A stretch of 64,000 nucleotides of DNA from an uncultured delta proteobacterium (GCA_963816145.1 CAWFJP010000016.1:1-64000), one strand, 5' to 3'; positions 17,992-28,113 are shown, counted from the stretch's first letter. Notes: generated from the sequence alone by a model not told the origin. A program made the numbers and translations.

Positions 17992-18960
17992 ATGACGTCA
18001 TTCCCTCTTCGTTCACTGCTGCTGGCAATTGTCTTCCTTGTTGCCGCCGAGTCCTTTGCCGGGCAGGCGGCGCCGGAGAATATCAAGATCGGCACCAGCG
18101 CGTTGAGTCCGACCATGGCCGGGGTTTGGATGGCCAAGGAGAGCGGTGCCTTCGAGCGGCGCGGCATCAATGCCGAGTTGGTTTACATCAGTTCCGGCGC
18201 CGTGGTCGTGCAAGCGTTGGTCGGCGGCAGTCTGCATGCGGCGTTGGGGGCGAGCAATGCGGTGATCGCGGCGATCCTCAAGGGCGCGCCGATCATCGCG
18301 ATCGGCAGCAACACCAACCGGCCCGGGATGCAGCTGTGGGTTCATCCCGATATTCAGCGGCCGGAGCAGTTGGCCGGTAAGACTCTTGGCATCACCCGGT
18401 TCGGCTCGACCAGCGAGTTCGTCACACGCTTGGTGCTGCGCAAACTCAATCTCGAAGGCAAGACCGAGCTGCGCCAATTCGGCGGCGTCATCGAAGCCGA
18501 TATCGGTTATCGCAGCGGCCAGTCGGTGGGGCGATTGTCGTCACAATCGCCCGGCGGCGATGCGCGAAAATTGCTCGACGCTGCCGAGCTGGGGATTCCA
18601 TTCTCGATGAATTTGCTGGCGGTGAGCAACGATTTTTACCGCCGGGCGCCAAAGATGGTCGAGGGAATCATCGCCGCTTATATCGAAGGCATCGCGACGT
18701 TGAAGCAGCGCAAGCAGCAAGCCTACGCCGTGTTGGCAAAGTATATGGGACAGCGCGGCGGCTCGGCGGACGTGCACTACGAATTCGTCATGAAGTATCT
18801 GGAAGCGGTGCCGCGAGTCGAGCCGGCGGCGGTCGATACGGTGCTTGAGATGGTCGGGAGCAAAGAAGCGGCGAAGAGCAGGCTCTACGACAACAGCATC
18901 GTCGACCGTTTGGTTCAGGAAGGGTTGATTGACCGACTCTACAAAGAGGCGAAGCCGTGA
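17992..18960 (+). CDS. SsuA/NMT1-like substrate-binding protein
   Basis: Signal peptide, GAFERRGI, LAGKTLGITRFGS; the stop overlaps the next start (GTGA). Confidence 0.85.
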   Translation: MTSFPLRSLLLAIVFLVAAESFAGQAAPENIKIGTSALSPTMAGVWMAKESGAFERRGINAELVYISSGAVVVQALVGGSLHAALGASNAVIAAILKGAPIIAIGSNTNRPGMQLWVHPDIQRPEQLAGKTLGITRFGSTSEFVTRLVLRKLNLEGKTELRQFGGVIEADIGYRSGQSVGRLSSQSPGGDARKLLDAAELGIPFSMNLLAVSNDFYRRAPKMVEGIIAAYIEGIATLKQRKQQAYAVLAKYMGQRGGSADVHYEFVMKYLEAVPRVEPAAVDTVLEMVGSKEAAKSRLYDNSIVDRLVQEGLIDRLYKEAKP

Positions 18961-19670
18961 CCGAAAAACAGTGGCGCAAGTGCTTGGGAGAGCTGGTGCG
19001 CGATTACATTCGCTCGCCGGAGTTGGAGCACTACTTTTCCATCCGCATGACCAAGCCGCGGGCGGCGATCATGGTGACGCAGCAGAGCCATTATGTGCGG
19101 CACCGGCGTGATTGCTGGTCTTACGTCTCGGCCAATTGTCCGGTGATGGCGGTGAAGCAGAAGATTCTCGCCCATGAGTATGAAGAGATCATCAAGGACG
19201 ATTTCTCCGACTACGGCCATTTGCATTTGATCATTCGCCAAGGCGCGTCAGTGGGACTGACTGCGGAGGAAATCATTCACTCCAAACCGCTGCCGACCAC
19301 CATGACCGTGCTCTATGCCTGGGGCTGGATGACGCGGATTAAGCCTTGGACCGAGAGTTTGGCGGCAATGACCATTACCGAGTGGTGCAACGACGACCGG
19401 CTGCTCGGCGCTCTCGGCGGCGGCCAGTCGACGCGCATGGCGAAAAAATGGATGGACGAGATGGGTTTTACCTGGAAGCAGATTCCCAATCTGCAGGCGC
19501 ACAGCCAGGCCGACGAGAAGCATAGCGACATGTTTTTGCCGTTTCTCGCTGAGTACGCCACCGGCGAGAAGGAAGCCGCGGCGATTCAAGCGGCAAAGGA
19601 GTCTCTGGATTTGAATGTGATCTTCCGTGAAGGGATTGCCCGGGCGCAGGAGAAGGTTGCACTGGAGTAA
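18957..19670 (+). CDS. Heme-oxygenase-like diiron protein, RRDCW class, close paralog of 16197..16904
   Basis: RSPELEHYFS, RHRRDCW, SANCPVM, HSQADEKH. Confidence 0.8.
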   Translation: MTEKQWRKCLGELVRDYIRSPELEHYFSIRMTKPRAAIMVTQQSHYVRHRRDCWSYVSANCPVMAVKQKILAHEYEEIIKDDFSDYGHLHLIIRQGASVGLTAEEIIHSKPLPTTMTVLYAWGWMTRIKPWTESLAAMTITEWCNDDRLLGALGGGQSTRMAKKWMDEMGFTWKQIPNLQAHSQADEKHSDMFLPFLAEYATGEKEAAAIQAAKESLDLNVIFREGIARAQEKVALE

Positions 19671-19692
19671 TGGAGTGCTGGAGTGATGGGAA

Positions 19693-19754
19693 AGATCTCT
19701 CACTCCGTTCGAGATGACAGAACCGAGCGTCATTTCGAGCGAGGCGAGAAATCT
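19693..19754. repeat. REP doublet (AGATCTCTC...GAGATGAC / GTCATTTCGAGCG...AGAAATCT), preceded by 8-mer GGAGTRMT repeats
   Basis: Read directly; same family as the internal palindromes of the 132-bp MITE. Confidence 0.65.
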
Positions 19755-19809
19755 GTGACTGGAAGGTAGCGAAGGTTTTTGGGGAAGCTATTATTCAGGA
19801 GGTAGGCAC

Positions 19810-20508
19810 ATGAGTCTTTGGCCGAAAGTTCGTGAAGAATTGAACAGTATCGTCAACAAACATTTCGAAACGCCGGAGTATATACAGCTGTTTTCCGTCA
19901 AGCTGACGCCGGCGCGGCAGAAAGTGTGGGACCTTCACTATCCGCATTACATCAAGAGCCGGCGCGATTGCTGGGGCGCGGCGGCGGTGAAGGCGCCGCT
20001 CGATGTCAAGCGGGCGATCTGGGAGCACGAGAAGGACGAATTGATTTTCGACAAGCGCATGGGTTCGGCGCACTTGACCGACGAGCAGATGGCGGCTGCC
20101 ACGGCGGAGGCGAATCTGCTCCCCGGCGTGCGCGCGGCGCTGATGGCGTGGATGTATCTGGCGACCACCCGGCCGTGGATCGAAGCGTTGACGGTCAATC
20201 ACATCACCGAGAGAAAAAACAATCCGGCCATCGTCAAAGGCGGCGGCTTCACGGCGCGCTTTGCGCACAAGCGTGTCGCCGATCAGGGCGGCAGCATCGA
20301 AAAACTCGACATCAACACCAAGGTTCACATGGTGGCCGACGAAGATCACTCGGACATGTTCGAGCCGATCTACGATCGCCACATCAACGACGAGCGCACC
20401 GCCCAAGCGGTGATCCGTTCGGCTCTGGACAGCCTCGCTATCGACCGCGCGTACAGGAGCGCGCTGGCCGTCGGCATGGCGGCCATCGCGGAATCGGCGG
20501 CGGCGTAG
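19810..20508 (+). CDS. Heme-oxygenase-like diiron protein, divergent RRDCW class
   Basis: SRRDCW, HEKDE...H, ITER, HMVADEDH; AGGAGG RBS. Confidence 0.78.
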   Translation: MSLWPKVREELNSIVNKHFETPEYIQLFSVKLTPARQKVWDLHYPHYIKSRRDCWGAAAVKAPLDVKRAIWEHEKDELIFDKRMGSAHLTDEQMAAATAEANLLPGVRAALMAWMYLATTRPWIEALTVNHITERKNNPAIVKGGGFTARFAHKRVADQGGSIEKLDINTKVHMVADEDHSDMFEPIYDRHINDERTAQAVIRSALDSLAIDRAYRSALAVGMAAIAESAAA

Positions 20509-20773
20509 CACGCGGACGCGGCTGCGACTTTTTGCATTGCGGATTTCGCGCGAAAAGGGCGCGATGAATCGCACCCCCTACAGCGGTGAAGTCTTTCGTA
20601 GGCAATAAATGGATTCAAGGGAACACGGTTTTCCAACCCGCCGAATTCGCGGACACGAATTTCAGCGCTCTATTGCTTGAGAGCGTGAGAATTGTCCAAT
20701 CAAGCGTTGTAGCGTTCGCTAACGCCACGTACAGTGGCTTAAACAATTCACTTTATTTCGATTACTTCTGAAC

Positions 20774-22897
20774 ATGACTGATCGAGGTTACATTATTGCC
20801 GTCATAGTGTGGCCGTTTATTTTTCTCGCTCCTTACACGTTGAACAGCATCGGCATCGGTAACGACTTTGGGTATCTTTACTATATTTATAAAGTCTACC
20901 TGCTATCGATTTGGAACAGCGGCCATTTCCCGTTGTGGTCGCCGACAGAGGGCGCCGGATATCCTTTCTTTTCCAATCCCTTTGCCCAACCCTTTTATCC
21001 GCTGAACCTGCTGTATTTTGCTTACTTCAAGCTCTTTGGCCACTTTTCACCCTGGGACTATCAAATCTTTACGATGCTTGGAATCAGCATTTTCGGTGTA
21101 GGCTTGTTTTGTTGGCTGCGTCGTTTGACCGTCACCGCGCCCGTAGCGCTAGTGACCGTGGTGATCTCGGTCATCAGCCTGAAGGTGACCGAGTTGCTGC
21201 GCTTGCCCAATGCGTTGCATTGCGCGGCGTGGATCCCTTGGCTTCTATATGGCGCGACTATCGCGACGGATTCAAGAAAAATAAAATCTGGCTCCATGTT
21301 ATTTGGCGCCGCGCTCGTTATGCTTCTTACCGCGGGTTATCCCTATTACATTATTTACGCTTTGTTTTTGATCCCCGCTTACGTCGCTGCGATGGCTTTT
21401 AATCCGTCGCGTAATCTATTCGTTGGCGCTTCCTACGAGAGCCCAAGCTGTTTTTCTCGCTACGCAATTCATCTCGGCGGCGCCACGGTTTGCGCCGGTA
21501 TTCTCACATCTCCTTGGCTTTTCCATATGCAAAAGTTGATGGCGCAAACCGTGGATAGGGACACGCCCAACTTCCAATATGCGACGTCGTATAAGTTCGG
21601 CCCGTTGCAGACCCTTGGATCGTGGATATTTCCACCTTCGTCCAACATGGAAGGCTGGTACTACTTTGGCATCGCAGCGACGCTGCTCATTGGCTTCTTC
21701 GCCATTTCAATCCAAGCCAATTTCGCGGTTGCGTTACGGCAGCGCCGTCTTTTCATCACGATCGCGGCCTGGCTCGTGTTCATAAACTATTTATCCTGGA
21801 GCGGCGAGTCGGCGTTGTTCACCTGGGCCTGGCATCATCTCCCTGTGCTTAATCAAATGCGTGCGTGGGGCCGCATGAACATCATTCAGGTGCCGATCCT
21901 CGCGTTGCTATTAGCCATGGCGATAGGCCATTTCGCGCATATTGTTTCGAATCTTCAACTCATGAGCAGCCGCAAGGGCGCTTGGATGATCGTTGCGCTA
22001 TTGGGTTTGGTGCTGACGATCCTCTACATTCAGTGGGACCTGATTGCGCACGGCGCGTTCGATGAATATTGGACCGATCGTTTCAAGCGGGCGGAGCCGC
22101 TTTTCGTCGATCGCGACAACCTTGAGGTGACTTTAAAAGAAAAGTTTGACGAGCGATTTTTTCTCGTGACTTGTGTTGCGACTGGCACGGTTCTGGTCGG
22201 CTTCCTGCTGGCGGCTCGTCGGCAATTTTCGGCGGAATTGGCACCGACTTTCCTAAGGTACATGGTGATATTATCGGTAGCGGAAATGTTTGTCATCAGT
22301 AATTATCAGTGGACTACGCCCAGTGCTCACCATGCGGAAGGCATTCTTGACATCCCTAAGCTTCTGGCGAGTGAGTTCTCCAGTCCGAGAGCGTTGTCAT
22401 CGCCTTTAATCATGGCGAGCGGCGCGACCAACTACAACGTTGGACTGTATCGCAATTGGGGCTTTAAGCGGCACACCGACAACTATCTCCGTTACCTGAA
22501 ATACAATGGCGAATGGCAGCCAGAGGTCTCGCTCAGCGAACGGGCCGCGGTTGAGCGCTTCTACGGTGCGGACCAGAAAGCGCAACGGATTTTCTTTAGC
22601 GCGCGCGTCGATCATGGTTCCGTGATAGAGTTCTTACAGGATGTCGACGCCACTGAGCCGTTGGCAAGGGCGTCGGTGAGGATCGAACATTACAACGGCG
22701 ACGAGCTGCGTCTGAGCGTCAATCTACGCCGGTCGTGCTGGCTTACGTTCGTCGACAATTGGGATCCCAACTGGCGCGCTAGGGTCAACAATGTGCCGGC
22801 GCCGATAGCGTTAACGCTCGGCAGCTACAAGGCGGTGTTGCTACCGGTGGGACAGGCCGAGGTGGAGTTTCAGTATCGCCCGCCGATAATCCCGTGA
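20774..22897 (+). CDS. YfhO-like polytopic membrane protein (GT-C glycosyltransferase-like)
   Basis: NDF, GHFPLWSP..GAGYPF..P....FYPLN, many TM helices, C-terminal NWDPNWRA.VN...VEFQYRP. Confidence 0.75.
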   Translation: MTDRGYIIAVIVWPFIFLAPYTLNSIGIGNDFGYLYYIYKVYLLSIWNSGHFPLWSPTEGAGYPFFSNPFAQPFYPLNLLYFAYFKLFGHFSPWDYQIFTMLGISIFGVGLFCWLRRLTVTAPVALVTVVISVISLKVTELLRLPNALHCAAWIPWLLYGATIATDSRKIKSGSMLFGAALVMLLTAGYPYYIIYALFLIPAYVAAMAFNPSRNLFVGASYESPSCFSRYAIHLGGATVCAGILTSPWLFHMQKLMAQTVDRDTPNFQYATSYKFGPLQTLGSWIFPPSSNMEGWYYFGIAATLLIGFFAISIQANFAVALRQRRLFITIAAWLVFINYLSWSGESALFTWAWHHLPVLNQMRAWGRMNIIQVPILALLLAMAIGHFAHIVSNLQLMSSRKGAWMIVALLGLVLTILYIQWDLIAHGAFDEYWTDRFKRAEPLFVDRDNLEVTLKEKFDERFFLVTCVATGTVLVGFLLAARRQFSAELAPTFLRYMVILSVAEMFVISNYQWTTPSAHHAEGILDIPKLLASEFSSPRALSSPLIMASGATNYNVGLYRNWGFKRHTDNYLRYLKYNGEWQPEVSLSERAAVERFYGADQKAQRIFFSARVDHGSVIEFLQDVDATEPLARASVRIEHYNGDELRLSVNLRRSCWLTFVDNWDPNWRARVNNVPAPIALTLGSYKAVLLPVGQAEVEFQYRPPIIP

Positions 22898-23082
22898 GTT
22901 CAATGAGGCGATTGGCGCGATCAGGAGCGCGCTGGCGGTTGGCCTGGCAGGTATCGAGGAGTCTGTGGCAGCGTAGGCGCGCGAAGCGCGCGTGGTTCAC
23001 GGTTCAAAAGGTCAAGGTCGGACGAAGAATGTTCGCAGGGTCGGTGCAGCGCGTATGTCGGCTCTGACTGAACGGATCCGGC

Positions 23083-23312
23083 CTCGTCCCCATTTGACGG
23101 GGCAAGATTGAGATGGGGGTGCCGGGAAAATTTAAGGATCATCCCTTCCTTTATCCTTCCCCGTCAACAGAGTGTGTCGCAATGCGCAAATGTGGCACAT
23201 CTGTCATCCCGAGCGAAGCGAGGGATCTCGTATTTTCAGCCACATACGAAGAAGAGATTTCTCGGCTTCACCTCGAAATGACAGTTGCGACACAGCCTCC
23301 AAGAGGAAGGGA
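23083..23312. repeat. Empty doublet of the CCC..GGG hairpin repeat family, hosting MITE copy 2
   Basis: cgtccccatttgacggggcaagattgagatggggg ... cccttcctttatccttccccg[MITE]aagaggaaggg; same architecture as the DUF559 flanks. Confidence 0.6.
23168..23299 (+). mobile_element. 132-bp MITE copy 2, TSD CAA
   Basis: cagagtgtgtcgcaa...ttgcgacacagcctc; caa at 23165-23167 and 23300-23302. Confidence 0.88.
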
Positions 23313-23364
23313 GTTAAGACTGCGTCACTGTAACTACTGCATTTTCTCCAATTAGGTTAATTCC

Positions 23365-24939
23365 ATGGCACAACAATTTTCTGTTATCGCCAAAAACGGC
23401 ATGGTCGCTTCAAGTCAGCCGCTGGCGACGCTGGCCGGGCTTGAAATCCTTATCAACGGCGGAAACGCCATCGACGCGGCGATTGCCACTGCGGCGGTGC
23501 TTGGCGTCGTCGAGCCGTCGTCCATCGGTATCGGCAGCGATGCCTTTTGTCTTTTCTATTCTGCTAAGGACAAAGCGATCAAAGCTCTCGACGCCAGCGG
23601 GCGTTCGCCCTACGCGGCGAGTTTGGACTTCTGCCGTAAGAGTGGCTTTAAAGAAATGCCGCAGCGCGGAATTCATTCGGTTACCGTGCCCGGCGCGGTG
23701 CATGGCTGGGCGATGCTGTTGGGTTCTCACGGCACGAAGAAGCTGTCGGAGGTTTTGCAAGCGGCGATTCGCCATGCAGACGAAGGATTTCCGGTGGCGG
23801 AGCTGACCGCGGAGCAGTGGAAGGAGTCCGAGGCACGGCTAAAGGCCGATGAGGGCGGCGCGATCAACTACTTGATCGGCGGGCGGGCGCCGAAGGCCGG
23901 CGAGATTTTTCGCAATCCGCGCATGGCGGCGACTTTGACTCGGATCGCGATGGAAGGCGGGGATTATTATTACCAAGGCAAGATCGCAGAAAAACTCGTG
24001 CGCTGCTCGGAAAAACTCGGCGGACTTTTTACGTTAAAAGACTTCGCCGATCATCGCTCCGATTGGGTCGAGCCGATTACCGCCAACTATCGCGGCTACG
24101 ATGTTTATGAAATGCCGCCTACGACGCAAGGATTCGCCGCGTTGGAGATGCTGATAATTCTCGAAGGTTTCGATCTCACGGCGATGGGGGCGAATTCCGC
24201 TGACGCGCTGCACGTGATGATCGAGGCGAAGAAGTTGGCGTTCACCGACCGCGACCGGCATCTGGCCGACCGTGACTTCATGAAAGTCGATGTGCGTGAT
24301 TTGTTTGCAGCTGAGCGGGCAGAGCGGTTGCGCGGACTGATTCGCATGAACAAAGTTGCCGACGGCTACCCGAACGTTCCCGGCGGCACGGATACCGAAT
24401 ATGTCGCCGCGGCGGATCGTGACGGTAATCTCGTTTCGTTCATTCAGAGCAATTTTATGGGTTTCGGTTCCGGCGTCGTCGAGCCTGAGACCGGTATCAT
24501 TTTGCAGAACCGCGGCCATCTGTTTTCCCTCGATGACGATCATCCGAACTGCATCGGTCCGCACAAGCGCTGCGCGCACACGCTGGCGCCTGGCATGATT
24601 TTAAAAGACGGCAAACCTTACGCTACGCTTGGGTTGAAAGGCGGCCATGTGCAGCCGCAGGTGCAGGTGCAATTGATTGCCAATTTAATCGATCACGGCA
24701 TGACGCCGCAGCAAGCGATCTCGGCGCCGCGTTTCAATCACATCGACGGCTTGAAAGTCGGATTGGAGCCGGAGATTACGCGGGATGTAAAGGATGAATT
24801 AAGCCGCAGAGGCCACCAAGTCGTCGGCGGCAATCCCGAGAGCTTCGGTGGTGCTCACATAATTCTTATCGACGCCGAGTCCGGTGCTTTTGTCGGCGGC
24901 TCCGACCCGCGCAAAGGCGGGTGTGCGCTGGGATACTAG
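23365..24939 (+). CDS. ggt: Gamma-glutamyltransferase family Ntn hydrolase (cytoplasmic)
   Basis: GGNAIDAAIA, VTVPGAV, autocleavage DT, GNLVSFIQSNFMGFGSG, LQNRG, SDPRKGG. Confidence 0.88.
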   Translation: MAQQFSVIAKNGMVASSQPLATLAGLEILINGGNAIDAAIATAAVLGVVEPSSIGIGSDAFCLFYSAKDKAIKALDASGRSPYAASLDFCRKSGFKEMPQRGIHSVTVPGAVHGWAMLLGSHGTKKLSEVLQAAIRHADEGFPVAELTAEQWKESEARLKADEGGAINYLIGGRAPKAGEIFRNPRMAATLTRIAMEGGDYYYQGKIAEKLVRCSEKLGGLFTLKDFADHRSDWVEPITANYRGYDVYEMPPTTQGFAALEMLIILEGFDLTAMGANSADALHVMIEAKKLAFTDRDRHLADRDFMKVDVRDLFAAERAERLRGLIRMNKVADGYPNVPGGTDTEYVAAADRDGNLVSFIQSNFMGFGSGVVEPETGIILQNRGHLFSLDDDHPNCIGPHKRCAHTLAPGMILKDGKPYATLGLKGGHVQPQVQVQLIANLIDHGMTPQQAISAPRFNHIDGLKVGLEPEITRDVKDELSRRGHQVVGGNPESFGGAHIILIDAESGAFVGGSDPRKGGCALGY

Positions 24940-25077
24940 AAAAACTCGTTCCAGCCGTTCCAGTCGTTCAAAACGTTCCAATCGTTTCGGATTATCGGCC
25001 ATCCTCCCACTTGTTGGCAATCTCGGGCAAAATCAAATATCACCACGGACAGGAGATTCACTCAAGGAGATTCGGTC

Positions 25078-26676
25078 ATGGGTTATTTCAAGGATTTGAG
25101 AGAGCATATCGCCGCTCTCGACAATGCCGGCTTGTTGGTCAAGATCGACGAGCAGATCAACAAAGACACCGAGCTGATGCCGCTGGTGCGCTGGCAATTT
25201 CGCGGCTTGCCGGAAGAAGAGCGGCGCGCTTTCATGTTTACCAATGTCGTCGATGCCAAGGGACGCAAGTACGACATTCCGGTGGTCGTCGGCACGCTGG
25301 CGGCGACCCGGCAAATCTACGGCTTCGGTTTGCAATGCGCGCCGGAAGAAATCGTCGATCGTTGGAATCACGCGCAGAGCAATCCGATCGCGCCAAAGGT
25401 TGTCGACAAGGCGCCGGTACATGACGAGGTGCATATGGGTTCATCACTCATGGAGCATGGCGCCCTCGGTGAGTTCCCGGTACCGATCTCCACTCCTGGT
25501 TACGATTGCGGTCCATTTACCACGGCGTCGCACTGGTTCACTCGGGATCCCGAGACCGGTCTGATCAATGTCGGCAACTATCGCGGTCATATCAAAAGCC
25601 CGACGCGCACCGGCGTGTTTTTGAGCTCTAGCAATCACGGCGGCTATCACTGGCGCAAATGCAAAGAGCGCGGCATTCCGTTGCAAGCCGCGCTAGTCAT
25701 CGGCGCGCCGCCCTGCGTCGCCTATACCGCGCCGTCACGAATTCCCTTCAGCGTCAGCGAGCTCGACGTCGCCGGCGGCTTGGCCGGCGCCGCGATTGAA
25801 GTCGTCAAATGCAAAACTAACGACGTGCTGGTTCCCGCCAACGCGGAGATCGTCATCGAAGGGGAAATCTCGACGGAGTTTCTCGAACCGGAAGCGCCCT
25901 TCGGCGAATCGACCGGCTACATCGCCGAAAAACTTTTGAACCCCTACTTCGAAGTGAAATGCATCACGCACCGCAAGAATCCGATCCTGGCGACGATCAT
26001 CAGCCAGATGCCGCCGAGCGAATCGAGCGTCATGCGCCAAGTGGCCGCCGAAGGAAACTATCTGCGTTTCCTGCGCGATCAGTGCAACATTCCCGGCATC
26101 ATCGAAGTCGCGTTTCACAGCATCGCGGTGCGGCAGATCTGTGTCATCAAGATGAAGAAGATCAACCAGGCCCATGTCTGGCAGGCGCTGCACAGCATGG
26201 TCGGCTACAACCCGGCGACCGGCAAAATGGTCATCGCCGTCGACGAGGACATCAACCCGCGCAATCTCGATTCGCTGTTTTGGGCGATGGCGTTTCGCAT
26301 GCAGCCGCACCGCGACGTTTTGATCATTCGAAACCGCACACCGCAAATGGACCCGTCGGTATTTCCTCCGGGACATGAGCAGGGATTATCGGTCGACGAA
26401 ATTGCCGGGTCGTCGGCGATGCTGATGGACGCGACACGCAAGTGGGCCTATCCGCCGGTGTCGTTGCCCAAGAAAGAATACATGGAGCGGGCCAAGCAGC
26501 TGTGGGAGCGCTTGGAATTGCCCAAACTCAAACCACAGGATCCCTGGCACGGCTACGATTTGGGTTTATGGTCAGAGGAAGACGAAGCCGATGCGCAGGC
26601 GGCGGTGAAGGGCGATCATTATGAGACAGGGGAGAAGCGGGCGAAACAGCGGGTAAAGGTGAATAAGTTGGGCTAA
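25078..26676 (+). CDS. UbiD family prFMN-dependent (de)carboxylase
   Basis: NVGNYR, EIVIEG, EAPFGE, VDEDI, DAT. Confidence 0.92.
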   Translation: MGYFKDLREHIAALDNAGLLVKIDEQINKDTELMPLVRWQFRGLPEEERRAFMFTNVVDAKGRKYDIPVVVGTLAATRQIYGFGLQCAPEEIVDRWNHAQSNPIAPKVVDKAPVHDEVHMGSSLMEHGALGEFPVPISTPGYDCGPFTTASHWFTRDPETGLINVGNYRGHIKSPTRTGVFLSSSNHGGYHWRKCKERGIPLQAALVIGAPPCVAYTAPSRIPFSVSELDVAGGLAGAAIEVVKCKTNDVLVPANAEIVIEGEISTEFLEPEAPFGESTGYIAEKLLNPYFEVKCITHRKNPILATIISQMPPSESSVMRQVAAEGNYLRFLRDQCNIPGIIEVAFHSIAVRQICVIKMKKINQAHVWQALHSMVGYNPATGKMVIAVDEDINPRNLDSLFWAMAFRMQPHRDVLIIRNRTPQMDPSVFPPGHEQGLSVDEIAGSSAMLMDATRKWAYPPVSLPKKEYMERAKQLWERLELPKLKPQDPWHGYDLGLWSEEDEADAQAAVKGDHYETGEKRAKQRVKVNKLG

Positions 26677-26716
26677 GTCCATCCGTCGAATCGCGACACG
26701 GAACCTGGCGTCTTTC

Positions 26717-26915
26717 ATGTTTCTCTCGGGGTTGTAACCCCCTCCCTGTTAGTCGACGAGAAGATCTGTCATGCCGGCGCAGGCCGGCATCCAGGTTGAT
26801 TTCGGTTCGATTGCAAAAGGCTGGATTCCGGCCTACGCCGGAATGACGAAAGGGAGAGTCGACTTCCAGTCGAGAAACTCGGAAGCACTCGGCTTGGAGC
26901 CGAGGATCATTCCGT
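26717..26915. mobile_element. Composite palindromic repeat/MITE, copy 2
   Basis: gtcatgccggcgcaggccggcatccag...ctggattccggcctacgccggaatgac plus a 3' segment shared with 4083-4312. Confidence 0.7.
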
Positions 26916-27023
26916 TCCTTGTTTGCGAGGAGACCTGCGCTATTTACGAGCTCAATGATTACCATTCAGATGGTGAATAATCAGCCCGAACCCCTGCAAT
27001 TAAACCTAACCTGGCCTTCACAG

Positions 27024-28013
27024 TTATCGACTTCCCAACTCCTTCAACGCTTCTTCCACCAACGACGGGTCAACGATCATTTGCGGCGTGACGGTCGCGG
27101 GAATCACCTTGGCGTCTTTTTCGATTTGCAGGAGAATATCCACGCCGTCGAGGGGGACGCGGCCGTCGCGGCTGAAGGAGTTCACCACGGCGTCGTAGGA
27201 TTCGCGGGCGAGTTTTTCGTCCATGTTAAACCGTTTGCGGATCACTTCGGTGGTGCCGGCGGCGTTGGCATGAATGAAGCGCAGCGCTTCGATCTCGGCC
27301 TTGAGCATGCGTTTTATCTGCGCGCGGTTGGTTTTGATCTTCTCGAGTGTTGCGCCGAGACCGGAGAACGGGATCACGACGTAGTCCGAGGTCTGGGCCA
27401 GGACCGGATATCCCTCGCGTTTGAGTTGCACGGAAAACGGCGGCGCGACCGCGACCGCGTCAACCCGCCCGAGTTTAAACGTGTCGTATACTAATCTTTC
27501 GTCGCCAATAGCGAGGATCTTAACATCCTTGTCGATGTCGAGACCGAACTGTTTTAACGTCATGCGCACGCTGATGTGGTTGGTGCCGGCAATGGAGGTG
27601 AGGCCGATGACCGCGCCTTTTAGGTCTTTGATGCTCTTGAATTTATTCTGGCCGATGACGCTGAAAAACGGCGCTTTAATGCCGGTCGAAATCGCTCGCA
27701 CCGGCAGATTGCGCGCCGCCGAGCGGATGATCGAGCCGATCAGCTCGGCGTAGTCGATGTCGCCGCCGAGCAGGGCGGCCATCGCGATGTTGGGACGCAT
27801 GACGATCAGCTCGACGTCCGAGCCATACTTGAGATAAAGGCCGCGGTCCTTGGCGACGAACGGCACTAGAAAGGCCAAGGAGCTGGTGGCGATGGCGGCG
27901 CGGACTTTCTCCGGCGCGGGTTTCTCCTGGGACCGCGCCGGTACGGGTAGCAGCAGCACCATTAAGGCTAGCACAACCACAGTGAGTGAAATTTTCTTCG
28001 TCGACTCGATCAT
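27024..28013 (-). CDS. SsuA/NMT1-like substrate-binding protein
   Basis: Signal peptide, ALLGGDIDY, DLKGAVIG, DKDVKILAIG. Confidence 0.85.
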   Translation of the reverse strand: MIESTKKISLTVVVLALMVLLLPVPARSQEKPAPEKVRAAIATSSLAFLVPFVAKDRGLYLKYGSDVELIVMRPNIAMAALLGGDIDYAELIGSIIRSAARNLPVRAISTGIKAPFFSVIGQNKFKSIKDLKGAVIGLTSIAGTNHISVRMTLKQFGLDIDKDVKILAIGDERLVYDTFKLGRVDAVAVAPPFSVQLKREGYPVLAQTSDYVVIPFSGLGATLEKIKTNRAQIKRMLKAEIEALRFIHANAAGTTEVIRKRFNMDEKLARESYDAVVNSFSRDGRVPLDGVDILLQIEKDAKVIPATVTPQMIVDPSLVEEALKELGSR

Positions 28014-28113
28014 TGAAGTTTTTACTCCTTGTCTCGGCTCCGGGCGCCTTGTGCGTGTGCGACCAAATATGGCCGAAAGAGTTTGCCAACTCAACTTCTC
28101 GTTGGCTAGTTGA

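Noticed and set aside
23113-23355. Small ORFs containing VIPSEARDL (also 37566..37892) or HHEGHE (3649..4083, 50512..50721)
   Set aside because: These are translations of the MITE and REP repeats, not real genes.
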